Source: Mytilus trossulus (taxonomy: Eukaryota). From it: 64,000 nt of DNA. Location: positions 1,364,001 through 1,428,000 of the forward strand of contig NC_086378.1 in the NCBI RefSeq assembly GCF_036588685.1. The letters run 5' to 3'. The notes beneath the pieces were generated by a model. The model ran no database searches. It was given only the letters and a program-made list of their open reading frames with translations, and was not told the DNA's origin. A program made the translations under genes and the position numbers. Of the stretch, positions 12,573 to 27,103 are shown piece after piece; within the stretch, counting starts at the first letter, position 1; each line of letters starts with the position of its first letter.

Positions 12573-15500
12573 ACAATGTTCAACACTTTATCCCTATAAT
12601 AATTCCCTGTTATCTGTATGTGTGAAGTGCCCCGTTCTAACGAGTGTTTGCCAAATTGATATAGTTAGTTCTATTAACACCAAGATTAATGACTTAACTG
12701 CCATTCAGTGAACATATCATTTTTTTCTCATTTCAACACAACTGTTCATGTCTTCATAACATCTTCATTTTAAGTATGGAATAAAATGTGAATTACAGGT
12801 ATTTTAACAAGCTTTAGTTCCATAAAACCAATGGTAATTATTTGTATCAGTAATAATGAATCAAAAGAATGTATTATACTTATATTTAAGAATTTTTACA
12901 ATGTTTAATTAAAAAACATATCCTTGTTTTTATTTCTGTGTGAAAGATTAGACAAAAACAAATAATCATTTCGTTTCTTGATGCAAATCCCTGAATAAGC
13001 TTCTTCACGCATGCTAGCAGATAAGATGTTGAAATTTCACCTCTAATAAATAAAGTGAAAAGTAAAATCACAAAAATACTGAACTCAGAGGAAAATTCAA
13101 AATGGAAAGTTCCTAAACAAATGGCATGATCAAAAGTTAAAACATATCAATCGAATGGATAACAAACTTTCATATTCCTGACTTGCGGGTTAATTCATTT
13201 TCGTATGTAGAAAATGGTGGATTGAACCTGGTTTTACAGCGTTAAATCTCTCTCTTGTACGAAAGTCGCATCACATTTCATTATATTGACGACGATGCGT
13301 GAAACAGACAGACATAAGGGGTAAATGTGAATGGGATGCATAAAAGCAACAGGGGTCTAAAGATTTTTTAAGGGTAAATAAAGGCAACAGTAGTATACCG
13401 ATTTCCAATAGCCTTTAACTGATTAAGCGAAAACAAATCCGGATGACAAACCAAAACGGAGGGAAACACATATATAAGAGGTAACATAGGTTCGTTTGTT
13501 CAAAATACGAATTAACATTATTGAGTCTTCGGACAAGGATTTAGAGGTTGACACCAGGATAATACAAATACTGACCATGGAAGATAGCTTCCTACAAACA
13601 TGTACTTGAACTACATATATGTGTCCAGAAAGCAATGCAAGTCAATTAAAAGTATTCGTTTCAAGCCATTGCACTCCACTAAGATATCAGTTCTACAAAA
13701 ACTGACATTTAAGCATATAAAATTGAGAATGGAAATGGGGAATGTGTCAAAGAGACAACAACCCGACCATATAAAAAAACAATAATATGCACTCTTTCAG
13801 TTAAACTAAAGAGTGCATATACTTAAATGTGAGTTTGGCTGTACCACGTAAACCATTTGGATTTGAAGTTTACATGCTTTTTATGTACTAGTATTTGAAT
13901 TCAAAAATGATTTGACCTTGACCGTATCCAGTGAAGGTTATTTCAGAAACAAGAACCGCTGCTCTTGGTGCTTTCCACCAATATAGTGATAAAAAGGCAA
14001 GCGTCTATGCCTTTAAAATGATGAGAGAACGACGACGAAAAACAAACAAACTGATAGAATCGTGTTTTAATAGATAAAGGAAGATGTGGTGTGAGTGCCA
14101 ATGAGACAACTCTCCATCCAAATAACACTTTAAAAAGTAAACCATTATAAACCTGTTTCGTCATTTTCACTGTTAAAATGTTAACTAGAACATGCATATT
14201 GGTATGCTCATTATCTATAGTAACAACAATTAATTCTTGCAAGTAGTTGCTGCTTTTAAGATTGTAACATTGTGTGTATTTTCTATTGTTTTTGTGGAAA
14301 TGAAAATGAAAATTGTTACAAGGAAACAGCTTAATTTTTGCACTTCAATTTATTTTAGATTTGCCGTGTTCCGCTTGTATAAGTTTGATGTGGAAAGCTG
14401 ACTGAGTATCTGTTTTCGAAGCAGTCGCTGGTCCATAATTTGATGTTGAGGGGAGATGCACCTGTGAATTAGCAGTTAGATGACCAATTTACGAAAAAGA
14501 AATGCCCGTAACTTCACTTATAAATTACATTTTCTTTTTCGAAATCAACGTCTGCGAAAAAAGGCAACGCCACCAAAAACTGCTACTTTGATACTGACCT
14601 TTTTTCATATGAGTAATTTGGTGTGTATTATAGATCTTAGATAATCTCTGTGTACCTATAAGATCTCGACCTTAGTATACATCAAATAATTGCCACTGGA
14701 CGTTAAGCAAGTAACAAAAAATAAACCAATTTTTTAAACATGTAATTTGTAATCACTTATAATTTTGTGTTTCAGTATCTTTTATAAACTTTATTATGCT
14801 TATCTTAGTGAATCAGATAAAAAAAATATTCAGAGAAACGTGAAATACAAAATACTTGACTCCGATTTAATTTGCACAAAGCTATAACTGAGGAAAAAAG
14901 TGATTGATTCAATCTAAATCAATCTGGAAGGATTTAAGATAATAAACTTTTGTATTAACTTTATAACTTTATAAAATAGAAACTTTTAAATGACACTCCA
15001 GGAAAGCTCTGTATTTAAAATTGTTTGAAAGTGTTTTTTCCTAATAATAAATCGACAGCATATGGATTACTCAATTCTAGATGCAATATTCATAAATTAA
15101 TATATAATTTAATACATCTTAAATTATGCTTTTAATAGAGATACGGTACTCTGGTGTTAAGTGTAATGGTTGGTTAATAGCTCTCTAAGTTGAAGGTTTT
15201 ATGTCTAAAGTGGTATAAGTCACATGTTCTGTACGTGTGGGGTGTAATTGATGTGGACAATTACTGAGTGATAAGGCAATACATTGCTACCGAACCGTGA
15301 TATATGAGCAAAGAAAAGACTTGTCTATGATAGAAAGAACATATGACGGAACAATTAATTTGAAGTACTCAGCTATGTCAATTAATTTTCGATCTGCTTT
15401 AAGGTATATTTTTTGTTAAATGACTTATTATTGTGTTTGAACATAATACTTTTTCTTTTTCAAAAAGATTCTAGCAATTCTTGCCATTTTGTACATAAGT

Positions 15501-15999
15501 GAATTAATGAAGTAATTAACTAACTTAACGTTCTGTAACAACTTCAGTAATAAACCATTTTTTAATTGATATATTTTTTTCCACGTTTACTTTTATTTAC
15601 TGTTAGAATAAATAAAGGAAGTACTATGCTGACAACAACACTTTTCTGTAAAAAATGTCCTGTCTCTAAACTAATTGATATTTGAAACTGGAGAATATTC
15701 TACCGTTGTGTTTGCCAGAAAGATACAACATCACTTATAAAGTATGTATTGGAGAGAAAAAGAGGTATGGGATATACTGGTTCCCTGTCCTTTATCTGTT
15801 TAGCTCTTGCAGATATAATTTGTATCTGATATACCCATACATGTATGTTGCAAGGGTGTAGCAAATCTTCCTCTGTTATCTCATAGTAAACGAGGATATA
15901 GACATATCTTCATAGTTCGTAAGATTCAGTAGAAATATTCCAAAATAATATTTTCATCGCACTTAAATCTATAATAATGGTTTTAGTCTTAGAGGCATG

Positions 16000-16530
16000 A
16001 TTTTTTTATTAGTTTTTAGTGGCTTTGAACTAGCTGTCAGATAACTGCGAAAATTTCATATCTGTTCATTGTATCTTTTTGTGTCGGGTTGTATAAGTAC
16101 CCGGACACGTCCACTTGTATTTTTTCTCTCTATCTGATGAGTTAAGCCTTTTTCAACTGATTTTTATAATTCGTTCTCATGTTGTACTGTAATACCACTG
16201 TCCCAGGTAAGGGGGGGTGTTGGGATCCCGCTAACATGTTTAACCCTGCCACATTATTTATGTATGTGCCTGACCCAAGTCAGTGGTTGTCATTTGTTTA
16301 TGTGTTACATATTTGTTTTTCGTTCATTTTTTTACACAAATAAGGCCGTTAGTTTTCTCGTTTGAATTGTTCTACATTGTTTAATCGGTGCCTTTTATAG
16401 CTGACTATGCGGTATGGGCTTTGCTCATTGTTGAAGGCCGTACGGTGACCTATATAGTTGTTACTGTTTGTGTTATTTTGGTCTTTTGTGGATAGTTGTC
16501 TCATTGGCATACCACATCTTCTCTTTTATA
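16000..16530 (+). repeat. Representative copy of the most abundant interspersed repeat (...tatagctgactatgcggtatgggctttgctcattgttgaaggccgtacggtgacctata...ctcattggcaatcataccacatctt)
   Basis: Further copies or variants at ~6055-6220, 18805-18990, 27350-27930, 37640-38012, 42820-43050, 48190-48555, 52703-52973(-) and 53666-53825(-). Confidence 0.8.
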
Positions 16531-16922
16531 ATTTGTATATTTATTCAAATGTACATGTGTTATTATTCTGAATTAAAATGTAGATTGTTAAAGCAGTTTA
16601 TTCCATGTTATATTCTATACTTATTAATCGACTCTTGAAACAGAATGCGATCAGGTATAACTATTGAAGATACTGATACAAGTAGCAGATATGATGAATC
16701 ACCCTTAAACAGTATCCCTGTATATTTCGACTATGGAACATGGTTAAACGCGAGCTCTATATTTTTAATAAATCATTATTGAAGAGTTCATATAACGTTA
16801 TAGATTTCTGTTATTCTAAATGATCAGTGGCAGTCGTAAATACGTGTTCATGTAAACATCTAACATTAAAATTTAAAAAAATTGGGTAATATTGAAACTC
16901 CAGAAAAGCAACTCCTTAAGAA

Positions 16923-17995
16923 AACAAGAGTGCACACGCTAAAATGTCTCGCCTTCTTTACTAATCATTGATATTATGTTGATAGTCCTAAATATAAAGC
17001 TTTATTACAACTGTCATATAAACTTAACATATTCAAGCAAATTAAACATTGACCAATGAACAATGAAAATTATGTCACGGTCAGATGAACCATGCCAGGC
17101 AGGGATGTACAGCTAAAAATTCTTCCATACAACAAATATAGTTGACCCATTGTTTATAGTTTAAGAAAAACAGACCAAAACACAAAAAGTTAACAGAGCA
17201 ATGAAGCGTGAAAATGCGGTCAAGGTCAAATAAAACCTGCGTGACTGACGTATAGATCATAAAATATTTCCATACAGCAAATAAAGTTGACCTATTGCAT
17301 ATATAGTATAAGAAAAAAAAGACAAAAATCTAAATCTTAACCTTGACCACTGAACCATGAAAATGAGATCAAGGTCAGAAAACACCTGCTAGCTAGACAT
17401 GTCACCTTACAATCATCCCATACACCAAATATAGTAGACATACTGCATACACTAAAAGAAAAACAGACCAAAACACAAAAACTTAACTGTATCTACTGAA
17501 CCATGAAAATGAGGCCAAGGTCAGATGAGACCTGTCAGTTTGACATGTTCACCTAACAGTCCTTCCATACACCGAATATACTAGACATATTGCTTATAGT
17601 ATCTGAGAAATGGACTTGACCACCAAAAGTTAACCTTGCTCACTGATCCATGAAATAAGGTTGAGGTCAAGTGAAAACGGGCATCAGGACCTTGCAAGGT
17701 ACGCACATACCAAATATAGTTATCTTATTACTTATGATAAAGAGAGATTTTAAAATTACAAAAAATCTAAACTTTTTTTCAAGTAGTCACTGTACCATGA
17801 AAATGAGGTCAAGGACATTGGACATGTGACTGGCGGAAACTTCGTAACATGAGGCATCTATATACAAAGTAAGAAGCATCCAGATCTTCCACCTTCTAAA
17901 ATATAAAGCTCTAAAGAAGTTGGCTAACGCCGCCGCCGGATCACTATCCCAATGTTAGGCTTTCTGCGACAAAAGTGGCAGGCTCGACAAAAAAA
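16923..17995. mobile_element. Non-autonomous Helentron-like element with internal ~150-bp repeats
   Basis: aacaagagtgcacac... start, internal repeats with gaggtcaaggtca motif, (gcc)n microsatellite, subterminal hairpin, A-run end. Inverted copy at 25284-26292. Confidence 0.6.
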
Positions 17996-20900
17996 CAGGT
18001 TTAATCCCCCATTTTGTACATATGAAACTTGAATACCTATTCTAGTATGTACCAAATTAGGATTATGACAGACGTTATCCGTTCGTTTGATGTGTTTGGG
18101 CTTCATTTGATTATGAACTTTCCGTTATGAATTTTTCTTGCAGTTCAGTATTTTTGTGAGTTAACTTTTCTCTTACAAATATCAAAGAGTTGAATGTCGA
18201 TGTAAAGTATGGAATGTATGGAAAGTATGCTATGCATTCACATCATGTTCAAAAACTTTAAAACTGTTCCAAAAATATATAATAATCTCCTTAGATTATG
18301 TTAATCATTCAGCAAACAAAGATAAACGCAAAGCTTCTCCTTGATAATCTCCACTTAGTCTGCACGTAAAACATATTGTTTACATCTAGATCTATAAGGA
18401 TGAAGGTTGGTACCTATTGAAATACACTCTAGATCTATATCCTAGAAGATGACTTAAATGATCATTTGCATATAGCAACGTGTCGCGTGTTTTATGATTT
18501 TAACATTTTGATTTTAATATATCTACAATAATCAGTTGGAAAAATAAAACACTATCATGTAAACAACGAAAAGTACATTTTTTTTTGCAATCAAAACAGA
18601 AAAATAACCCAGCATAGTTAATATAAGCCAGAGTACAACCGTATGGAATTTAAGCCAAATCTTATTGTTCATCCCAATATAACAATAAGTAGATTAGTAT
18701 GATTGCTAAAGAGACAATTGCAATCATCCAAACCTGTAATGGATCCGGAGTGTTTTAGGTATTATAACATGTTTAACTCCGCCACTGTTCATTCTGTATA
18801 CATAAATCAGGCCGTTAGTTTTCTTTTTTGAATTGTTTTACTTTATCATTTCGAAGCCCTTTATAGCTGACTACACGGTATGGGCTTTGCTTGTTGAGGC
18901 CTTACGGTGACCTATAGTTGTTACTGTTTGTGTCATTTTGGTATTTTGTGGATAGTTGTCTCATTGGCAATCATACCACATCTTTTTTTTATATTAACTA
19001 ATCGGATAAAGACAAATAGAAATACATCTAACAAAAGCACAGACGGGACGTGGCCGGGTACTTGTACATCCCAACAACAAAAAGACACTAAGTACAGATC
19101 GGAAAGAACTCGCATTTACTGACAGCTAGTTCAAAGGCACTAACAGCTACTAAAAATTATGCATCTAAAACTATTAAATGAAGTTTAGTTATGCTTTGCA
19201 GTTAGTTTCTGCTGAGAATAAAATTGAATATTGACAAATGATTAATTCATGATACATGTTATCTTTTATAAAATAGAAGTGAAATAAGAAAAGTTCATTA
19301 AACTTTGAAACAGACCTCCCATACATTTTGATTTTTTTTGTATAATTGGGAATTGTAGCCGTTCAAATGGAATAATGAACATGTAAAAATTAATATTACC
19401 AAAAGACATACAACGGACGGACGCAAATGATGGATTATATTTCTCACTAGCACTCTCTGTCAAGTTTATTAAAATAAAAATGTTTCGTTAATTGTCTCCA
19501 GGAAGCAAGCTATGCATACTTACATGTCAAATTTATAACAACGATATGTATCCATTTTATTGGTATATTATTACTTTTAATTCTGAATAAACTAAATCAT
19601 TCAGCGTGTTCTTCTTACATTGGTTTTAATAGAACGATAAAAGAAGTCTATTTCGCTCTATGATCTTAACTGATTCGCGTGTCATCAATTAGCCCTTTCA
19701 CATTAAATCATTCACACATGCTTTCATATTTTAATTATTTCAAAATATTACTTTCGGCCGCTAATTGGCAATTAACTATTTTCAACTTTATTATTTTACA
19801 AATTGGACAGATGGGAATATTTAACATTTTGTACTCTTCTGTACAGAATCCTCAACAGAATCATTCTCAGATATTTTCATAACTTTAACACACCCTACAA
19901 AAAAATCTAATATAACAAGAAAAAACAATGTAATTTTTGACTTTTTGAACAGTAGGAGGACGACAAATTGATACTCATTGGTGTTAACGGGTGCAGAGGC
20001 GGGTCCAGCCATTTTCAAAAGGGGGTTCCTAGCCCAGGATAAAAGGAGGGTTGAACCATATGCCCCCAGAATAGAACAATATGGCAATTATTGCATACAT
20101 GTTCATGACGTGAACAAAATAACAATAAAGTATACAAAAGGAAGGTCCTGTAATAGAGGCCTTCCTGGACCAAGGACGCGGAAATTTTAAAGCCACTTGA
20201 AAATAAAGTTTTTTTTTGGATAGTGGCATACATTTTGCCTTGCAACCGGCCACCTTATGATCCCTTAAATAGTTTGTGCAATAGTTCTTATCCAACAGAT
20301 AACAGTTGTGTGATAACAGAGTGTGATAGTCTCTCTAAATGAGGCATCAGATTTAATGGCATTATTCTTTCTGAAAGTGGGCTGACTGTGTAAATTTACA
20401 TCCCACGCACCAAACCGGACGCCCGACTTTAGCAAGGGTTTTGCTGCCGGTTGGAAGAAGACTAAAAGTGGTCGTATTTTTTCAATTGACCTAGTGACCC
20501 TTCTAGTATTAATTGCATATATCTTTATTCTCATAAACCAAAGTACAATTGTACAGAGCCAATAAGTTGTAGTATAGACGAAGTATTGGTGTGTTGGTAG
20601 TGTAATGATCATCAATGAATCGTATTATAAGGTATTATAAGGTGTTCACACAATGCCAACTCATCCAAATCAGCATTGATGTCATGCAAAAGTAATCGTA
20701 CTAGAAATGCATTGTGCCTTTGATGTTGTCGTTTATTTAAAATAGCAAACAAATCTTTTGCTTAATAAGAATTGTATTTGGACCATTTTGAGCTAGTCCA
20801 CGAATTTAGAGTACAATTTTAGTGTAGATTTTCTTAATACAATTTACCTATTGTCAGTTTATTGTCTTAATTTTGTATGCCATAATCATTTCATATAAAT

Positions 20901-21181
20901 GTGTGTGTGCTAATAAAGTATTGACCATTGTCTATTGTCTACAATATGATGTGATGTGAGTCAACTCTCCATCCAAGTCACAATTTATAAAAGTAAACTG
21001 TTTTAGGTTTTAAAAGTACCAACCTTCGCTCTTACCTGAAACAATAGTGTAACATCACAACATACGGAAAGACACACTAAAAATATTATCTGAAATGGCT
21101 TTTAAAACCCAATCAAGAGATATATTAATAAAATTATGTACTGAACGAATAAATTTGATCTATGACACAATGTTAATACAA

Positions 21182-21721
21182 AAACAATAAAGTAAGGGGT
21201 GATATGTGAAACAATAAAGTAAGGGGTGATATGTGAAACAATAAAGTAAGGGGTTATATGTGAAACAATAAAGTAAGGGGTTATATGTGAAACAATAAAG
21301 TAAGGGGTTATATGTGAAACAATAAAGTAAGGGGTTATATGTTAAACAATAAAGTAAGGGGTTATATGTGAAACAATAAAGTAAGGGGTGATATGTGAAA
21401 GTAAGGGGTTATATGTGAAACAATAAAGTAAGGGGTTATATGTGAAACAATAAAGTAAGGGGTTATATGTGAAACAATAAAGTAAGGGGTGATATGTGAA
21501 ACAATAAAGTAAGGGGTGATATGTGAAACAATAAAGTAAGGGGTGATATGTGAAACAATAAAGTAAGGGGTTATATGTGAAACAATAAAGTAAGGGGTTA
21601 TATGTGAAACAATAAAGTAAGGGGTGATATGTGAAACAATAAAGTAAGGGGTGATATGTGAAACAATAAAGTAAGGGGTTATATGTGAAACAATAAAGTA
21701 AGGGGTGATATGTGAAACAAT
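21182..21721. repeat. Minisatellite, 27-bp unit x~20
   Basis: Unit aacaataaagtaagggg(t)(g/t)atatgtga. Explains the spurious repetitive ORF 21362-21757. Confidence 0.95.
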
Positions 21722-24115
21722 TCTAAGTTCAGAAAGACAAACAATAACCTTGAACAAAATGCCGACAAATAGAATAATGTATACAGGTTAAAGAAGTATG
21801 GTATACAGTATAAATGGAGAATGGAAATAATTTTCATAATATGCGAGAACAGAAGTCAAAATTTATAGTCATACGAAACACTAATAAAAACTGTGTATTT
21901 TAAAAGTTGAGAGACGAGGTATAAGATAAATAATTAAATATTAAATTAAAAAAAACACATTACAATTTATACCAACAGGTCAAATTAACTCGAAAGCACG
22001 AAAGTAAATAGTATGCTTACTGAAGGTTTTTAAAAAAAAACAAGGTGCTTATTTTAGTAGTAGGCGATTTCTGTAACGTCATGTTTCATTAGAATCGATA
22101 GAAGATCGACATATTCAATGTTGATACAAGACAATTCAAGATAGACATGATTCTCGTGATTTTAAACTTAAAGATTAGATATTAAGACAACTATTAAAAT
22201 TGAAAAAAAAATGACTAGGGTTTTTGATTGGGGGTATACATTTGAAACATCTATAAGAAATAACGTTTCATATGAGCGTTACACGAAACGGTATTGGTAA
22301 TGACTTGGCATAAACACTGGATAGGTTCTGATCTTAGACAGAGATACGTGTAACTTATATTTTGATACTATCTCATTATTATGACAAGATAAGAGTATTT
22401 TGATCTTTTTGTTAGAACAAATTGACCTTAAAAGGACTTTTTAAAATAGTTTCGATACATTCTGTATCAAAGCCTCATCTCCCTTAATAAGTTTATTTAT
22501 AACAATGTATGACAGTTACATGTCAAATGATAATGTCCTCCAAAATCTGTTTCCTCTTTTATAAATACTTCTTTTCGTATAATTTTTACAATGTCTAAAA
22601 ATCTGTGGTTCGAAAATCTGCAACCGCGGTACTCACGTCATTTTGAAGTTTAAAAACCCAATTCAAAAGTAAATAAACTCATCATAGATACCAGGATACT
22701 AGCGTTTCGTCTACAAAAGACTAACCAGTGACGCTCGAATCCATAAAAGTAAAAAAAGGCCAAATAAAATACGAAGTTGAAGAGCATTGTAAGTAAACGT
22801 CGAAAAAGCTGACACGACATTTCTAAGTACGGTTTAGAGTTTGCCATTTTGTCTGGACAATTATAAATTGTTGCATTTTTTGTTAGCACTTTTGAATGCT
22901 GTTTGATTGAGGTTATTCTTTGTTCTTATATTGCACTTTGTATAAGTTATATATGATGCACCCAATAAACATAAACAAGAAGAATTCGACAGCCAATACA
23001 CTACTGTCTGCTGTCAGCAATCATGTATAATATCCATGTAATTCCCTGGTAAGATGTAAGGTGATCTATCGTACAAAGATTAGTTTTAAATGCTTGGATA
23101 ACTTCTGTTAGTTTGCGTCAAGTTCTTTGGTATCTGACACGTGCTCTTGGCGTCTTTGATTTTGTAATTTTGGTCGTGTTTAATTAACCATCATCTAGGC
23201 TTGTAGGAACAAAGTCTATCTTGTAAATTATTAGAATGCATCATGTTAATTGTTCTTTTCGATTGATAAACCAGACAACAACAAAAAAATATGCTTTAAT
23301 AAATATAATTACAAAGTGTACCTACACGTTTCTGTTATAGGTAATTAACTTAAGGTTTTATATTTAATTCTTTTTTGCTTATAAACATTGCAATTTTATT
23401 ATAAGAAGTATTAATGTAGCTTAATACATTAAAAGATCCCTTAAACCTTTATAACTATTATAGATGAAGTTCTTTATTTAAATGTGTTTTGTATTTCCTC
23501 ATATTATTTTAACACGGGTGCAACCTTGACGGTAAATTAATTTAAATCAAACACTTTTCTTTGGCCAAAATGTTCGTAGATTTTCATTATTTGTTGTTGA
23601 TATTATAACTTTTTTTTTTCATTTTTAGACTTGAATGTTTAGTGCTGGTTATTTTTTTTAAGTATGTGTTACATAGAATATATAGAGAGGACTCGTGGAT
23701 ATTTAGTGTACCATGCAGGTCGTGATCACACACATTGAACAAAAAAATATTTGTCTTGTAGGGAAGCTGTTGATCTCCTTTGAAAACTGTTAGTCTCAGT
23801 TGTTGCTCGTTTCTGTCTAAGATGTTTCTACGCAAATCAAACATCTGTTCCAAAGTTTCAACCTGTTTTCCCCCGTTTTCTGGAATAGTTCTCCATTAGG
23901 TCAATTCGTTTTGATTCTATGCTATGTTCTATTATTTGTGTTTTTTTATTCAATATTTGTTTTTTAAGAAATAAATAAATAGAAGATATTTAGTCTTGAA
24001 AATTTAATTAGCTTTAATATGAGGCGGATCTTCAATATTGAATCTTAATCGACTGGTTCGGAGTTTAAGGTTAAACCATAAGTTGCTTCTAATAATAATT
24101 ATACAACATATTACA

Positions 24116-24194
24116 CATCTTCGCTAGCCAAGGGTTACGATCCATTCCCGCTCTCTTCACGGGAATGGATCGTAACCCTTGGCTAGCGAAGATG
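24116..24194. mobile_element. Perfect foldback palindrome (35-bp arms, 9-nt loop), probable miniature MITE
   Basis: catcttcgctagccaagggttacgatccattcccg / exact reverse complement. Flanks catattaca and catagtaca (9-bp near-TSD). Confidence 0.75.
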
Positions 24195-25283
24195 CATAGT
24201 ACATTACACAACAGAATTGAAAACTTTGATTAAAAATTATGTTTGTCAATATAAAAAGTTATATAGTAAATTTACATTTTCATAAAATATGCTCAGTTCA
24301 AAATGTTGAAAGATAGACAGCAAACTGCAAGAACACGGCAAATAGTGATTTATTTTTCTATCATTTTTAAATTTAACAATACTATCAATAGCGTAAAAGC
24401 GTCTAACCCAGTCCAATGAAATATATGAATTGCTTTGAAGCATTTAGGTCTTTAATGCCCGACAAACTGTTCAACTAAAATGGAATACGCTATGAAAATT
24501 CCTGAAACACCAAGGAATAATAGACATGCTTCCAGAAAAAGAATTGAAGTTTTTTCTTCAACGCTTTTGTATACGCTGGCTAATTTTTATTTTTTATCAC
24601 ATAAAGACAATAATTTATTTTATGATCTATGTCTTAATTAATAAAATGATCATACAAATGGATTAAATGATCTGGGAAAAAGCATTATTTGTCTCAACCA
24701 GTGTGAAAGCTATTTACAAATAATTCTATGGAGAAACTGTATATTAACCCGCAGTGCTTAACACTTATGATTTCTTATTATTCATAAAACTTATTATAAC
24801 TAATTGACACCCAGACTTCTATTTTAAATAAATACATAATGTAATAAGAATCATGCGAAATAATAATAGCGAGTGTATCAAATTGAATTTAACAATCATA
24901 TTTGGGTAACGCAGCATCAAGCTCCATTTTGCAAGTAGAATGTGTCTTTTAATATGATCTTCAGTTCTAGAATTCGACTTAGACCTAGACAACTTTATTT
25001 GAATTAAGCATAGTATAACAAAACTAAGAATGGAATCATGAACATACATATATTAGCACAGAATTTTTAGCATGCCGTTTAAAATTGTTCAAACGTTGAA
25101 TGTATATATGTATGACGATTTTTGTCCAATCCAGACCATTGGTTCATTCGATAAATCCCTTCCGAATGCTTCAACGTTCAATAAATATGATAGTTTAAAA
25201 AAACCAACAAAAAAAAAAATCCCGCGGCCTCTCAAAATGAAAGTCAGTAACAAGCATACTTGACTGCATTTCATGTGTGTTTT

Positions 25284-26292
25284 TTTTTTAGCCTGCAACT
25301 TTCATCGCAGAAAGCTCGACATAGGGATAGTGATCTGACGGCGACTGGACACTTAATACTTTGTATATGGATGCCTCATGTTACAAAGTTTCCGTCAGTC
25401 ATATGTCAAATGTCCGTGACCTCATTTTCATGGTCCAGTGACTACTTGTAAAAAAGTTAAGAATTTTTGTAAAGTTAAATTCTCTCTTATTATAAGTAAT
25501 ATAATAACTATATTTGGTATGTGCGTACTTTGCAATGTCTTCATGTCCGTCAGACAGTTTTCACTTGACCTCGACCTCATTTCATGGATCAGTGAACAAG
25601 GTTAAGTTTTGGTGGTCAAGTCCATATCTCAGCAATAGTTCTAGTATAATCGTTGTATGGAAGGACTGTAAGGTGTACATGTCCAACCGTGAGGTGTCAT
25701 CTGACCTTGACCTCTGTTTCATGGTGCAGTGGTTATAGTTTTGGTCTGTTTTTCTTATACTGTATATGTAATAGGTCTACTATATTTGGTGTATGAAGTA
25801 ATTGTAAGGTGTACATGTCTAGCTGGTAGGTGTTATCTGACCTTGAACTCATTTTCATGGTTCAGTGGACAAAATTAAGTTTTTGAGTTTTGGTCTTTTT
25901 TCTAATACTATATGCAATAGGACTACTTTATTTGTTGGTGTATGGAAATACTTTATGATCTTTATGTCAGTCGCGCAGGTTTTATTAGATCTTAACCTCA
26001 TTTTCACAGTTCATTGCTCAGTGTTATTTTTTTGTGTTTTTTATCTGTTTTTCTTTAAATAAGCAAAAGGTTAACCATATTTGTTGTATGAAAGAGGTAT
26101 TAGCTGCACATGCATGCCAGGCATGGTTCATCTGACCTTGACCCCATTTTCATGGTTCAGTAGTCAATGTTTAGTTTTCTTGGTTAATATAAAGTTTATA
26201 TGACAGTTGTAATAAAGCGTTATATTTAAGACTATCAAAATAATATCACAACTAGGAAAGAAGGCGAGACATTTCAGTGTGTGCACTCCTGT
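25284..26292. mobile_element. Inverted copy of the 16923-17995 Helentron-like element
   Basis: Both termini and internal tgaccttgacctcattttcatgg repeats are reverse complements of 16923-17995. Confidence 0.65.
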
Positions 26293-26598
26293 CATTAATT
26301 ATATAGAAATATATTGTGTTTTCGTTATTGTGAGAACCTTCTGATTCACACCAGTTCGAGAAGGGTTTCCAAAGATTCCTTTGAGCTTTAGCCGTAATTG
26401 ATCTGCGATCAAAATACGTGTTTACAGGTTTGAAAGAAGATAGATAGAAAGGGTTATAGGCCCTACGATGCACCATTGTATGAAGAGGAAAAAAAACTTT
26501 GAATGCCATTAAAAGGAAAACAGTAAAAACCATTGATATATAATAATACTAAGGCCTTGCTGAATAGAATGGACAGAACACACGCAAATTACAAAAAA

Positions 26599-27103
26599 AA
26601 ACAAGAATGTGTCAAAAAATGTCCACGGATGCCCCACTAGCACTATTATTTTCCATGTCCAATGGACCGTATAATTTGGAAAAAATCTCATTTGGCATTA
26701 ACATTAGAAAGATCATACCATAAGGAATATGTGTACTAAGTTTCAAGTTGATTGGACATCAACTTCATCAAATGAAATTGAGAAAGGAAATAGTGAACGT
26801 GTCAAAGCGACAAAAACCCGACCATAGAGCAGAACAAAAACTACCTTGACCAAAAACTTTAACCTGAAACTTGCACTTCCATTTTTTCTATGTTCAGTGG
26901 ACCGTGAAATTGGGGTAAAACGTCTAATTTGGCTTTAAAATTAGAAAGATCATATCGTAAGCAACATGTGTACTAAGTTTCAAGTTGATTGGACTTCAGC
27001 TTCATCAAAAACTTTAACCTGAAACGGGACAGACGAATGGACGAACGGACGCACAGACCAGAAAACATAATGCCCCTCTTCTATCGTAGGTGGGGCATAA
27101 AAA
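26599..27103. mobile_element. Helentron-like non-autonomous element
   Basis: aacaagaatgtgtc start, two ~240-bp-spaced internal repeats, (ggac)n-like microsatellite, terminal hairpin atgcccc...ggggcat plus A run. Confidence 0.55.

Noticed and set aside
21362-21757. 131-aa ORF of (IVSHITPYF)n
   Set aside because: A by-product of a 27-bp minisatellite whose period is a multiple of 3.
22680-22790. Another hammerhead copy
   Set aside because: Core mutated and stems I/III deleted; only a dead retrozyme fragment.
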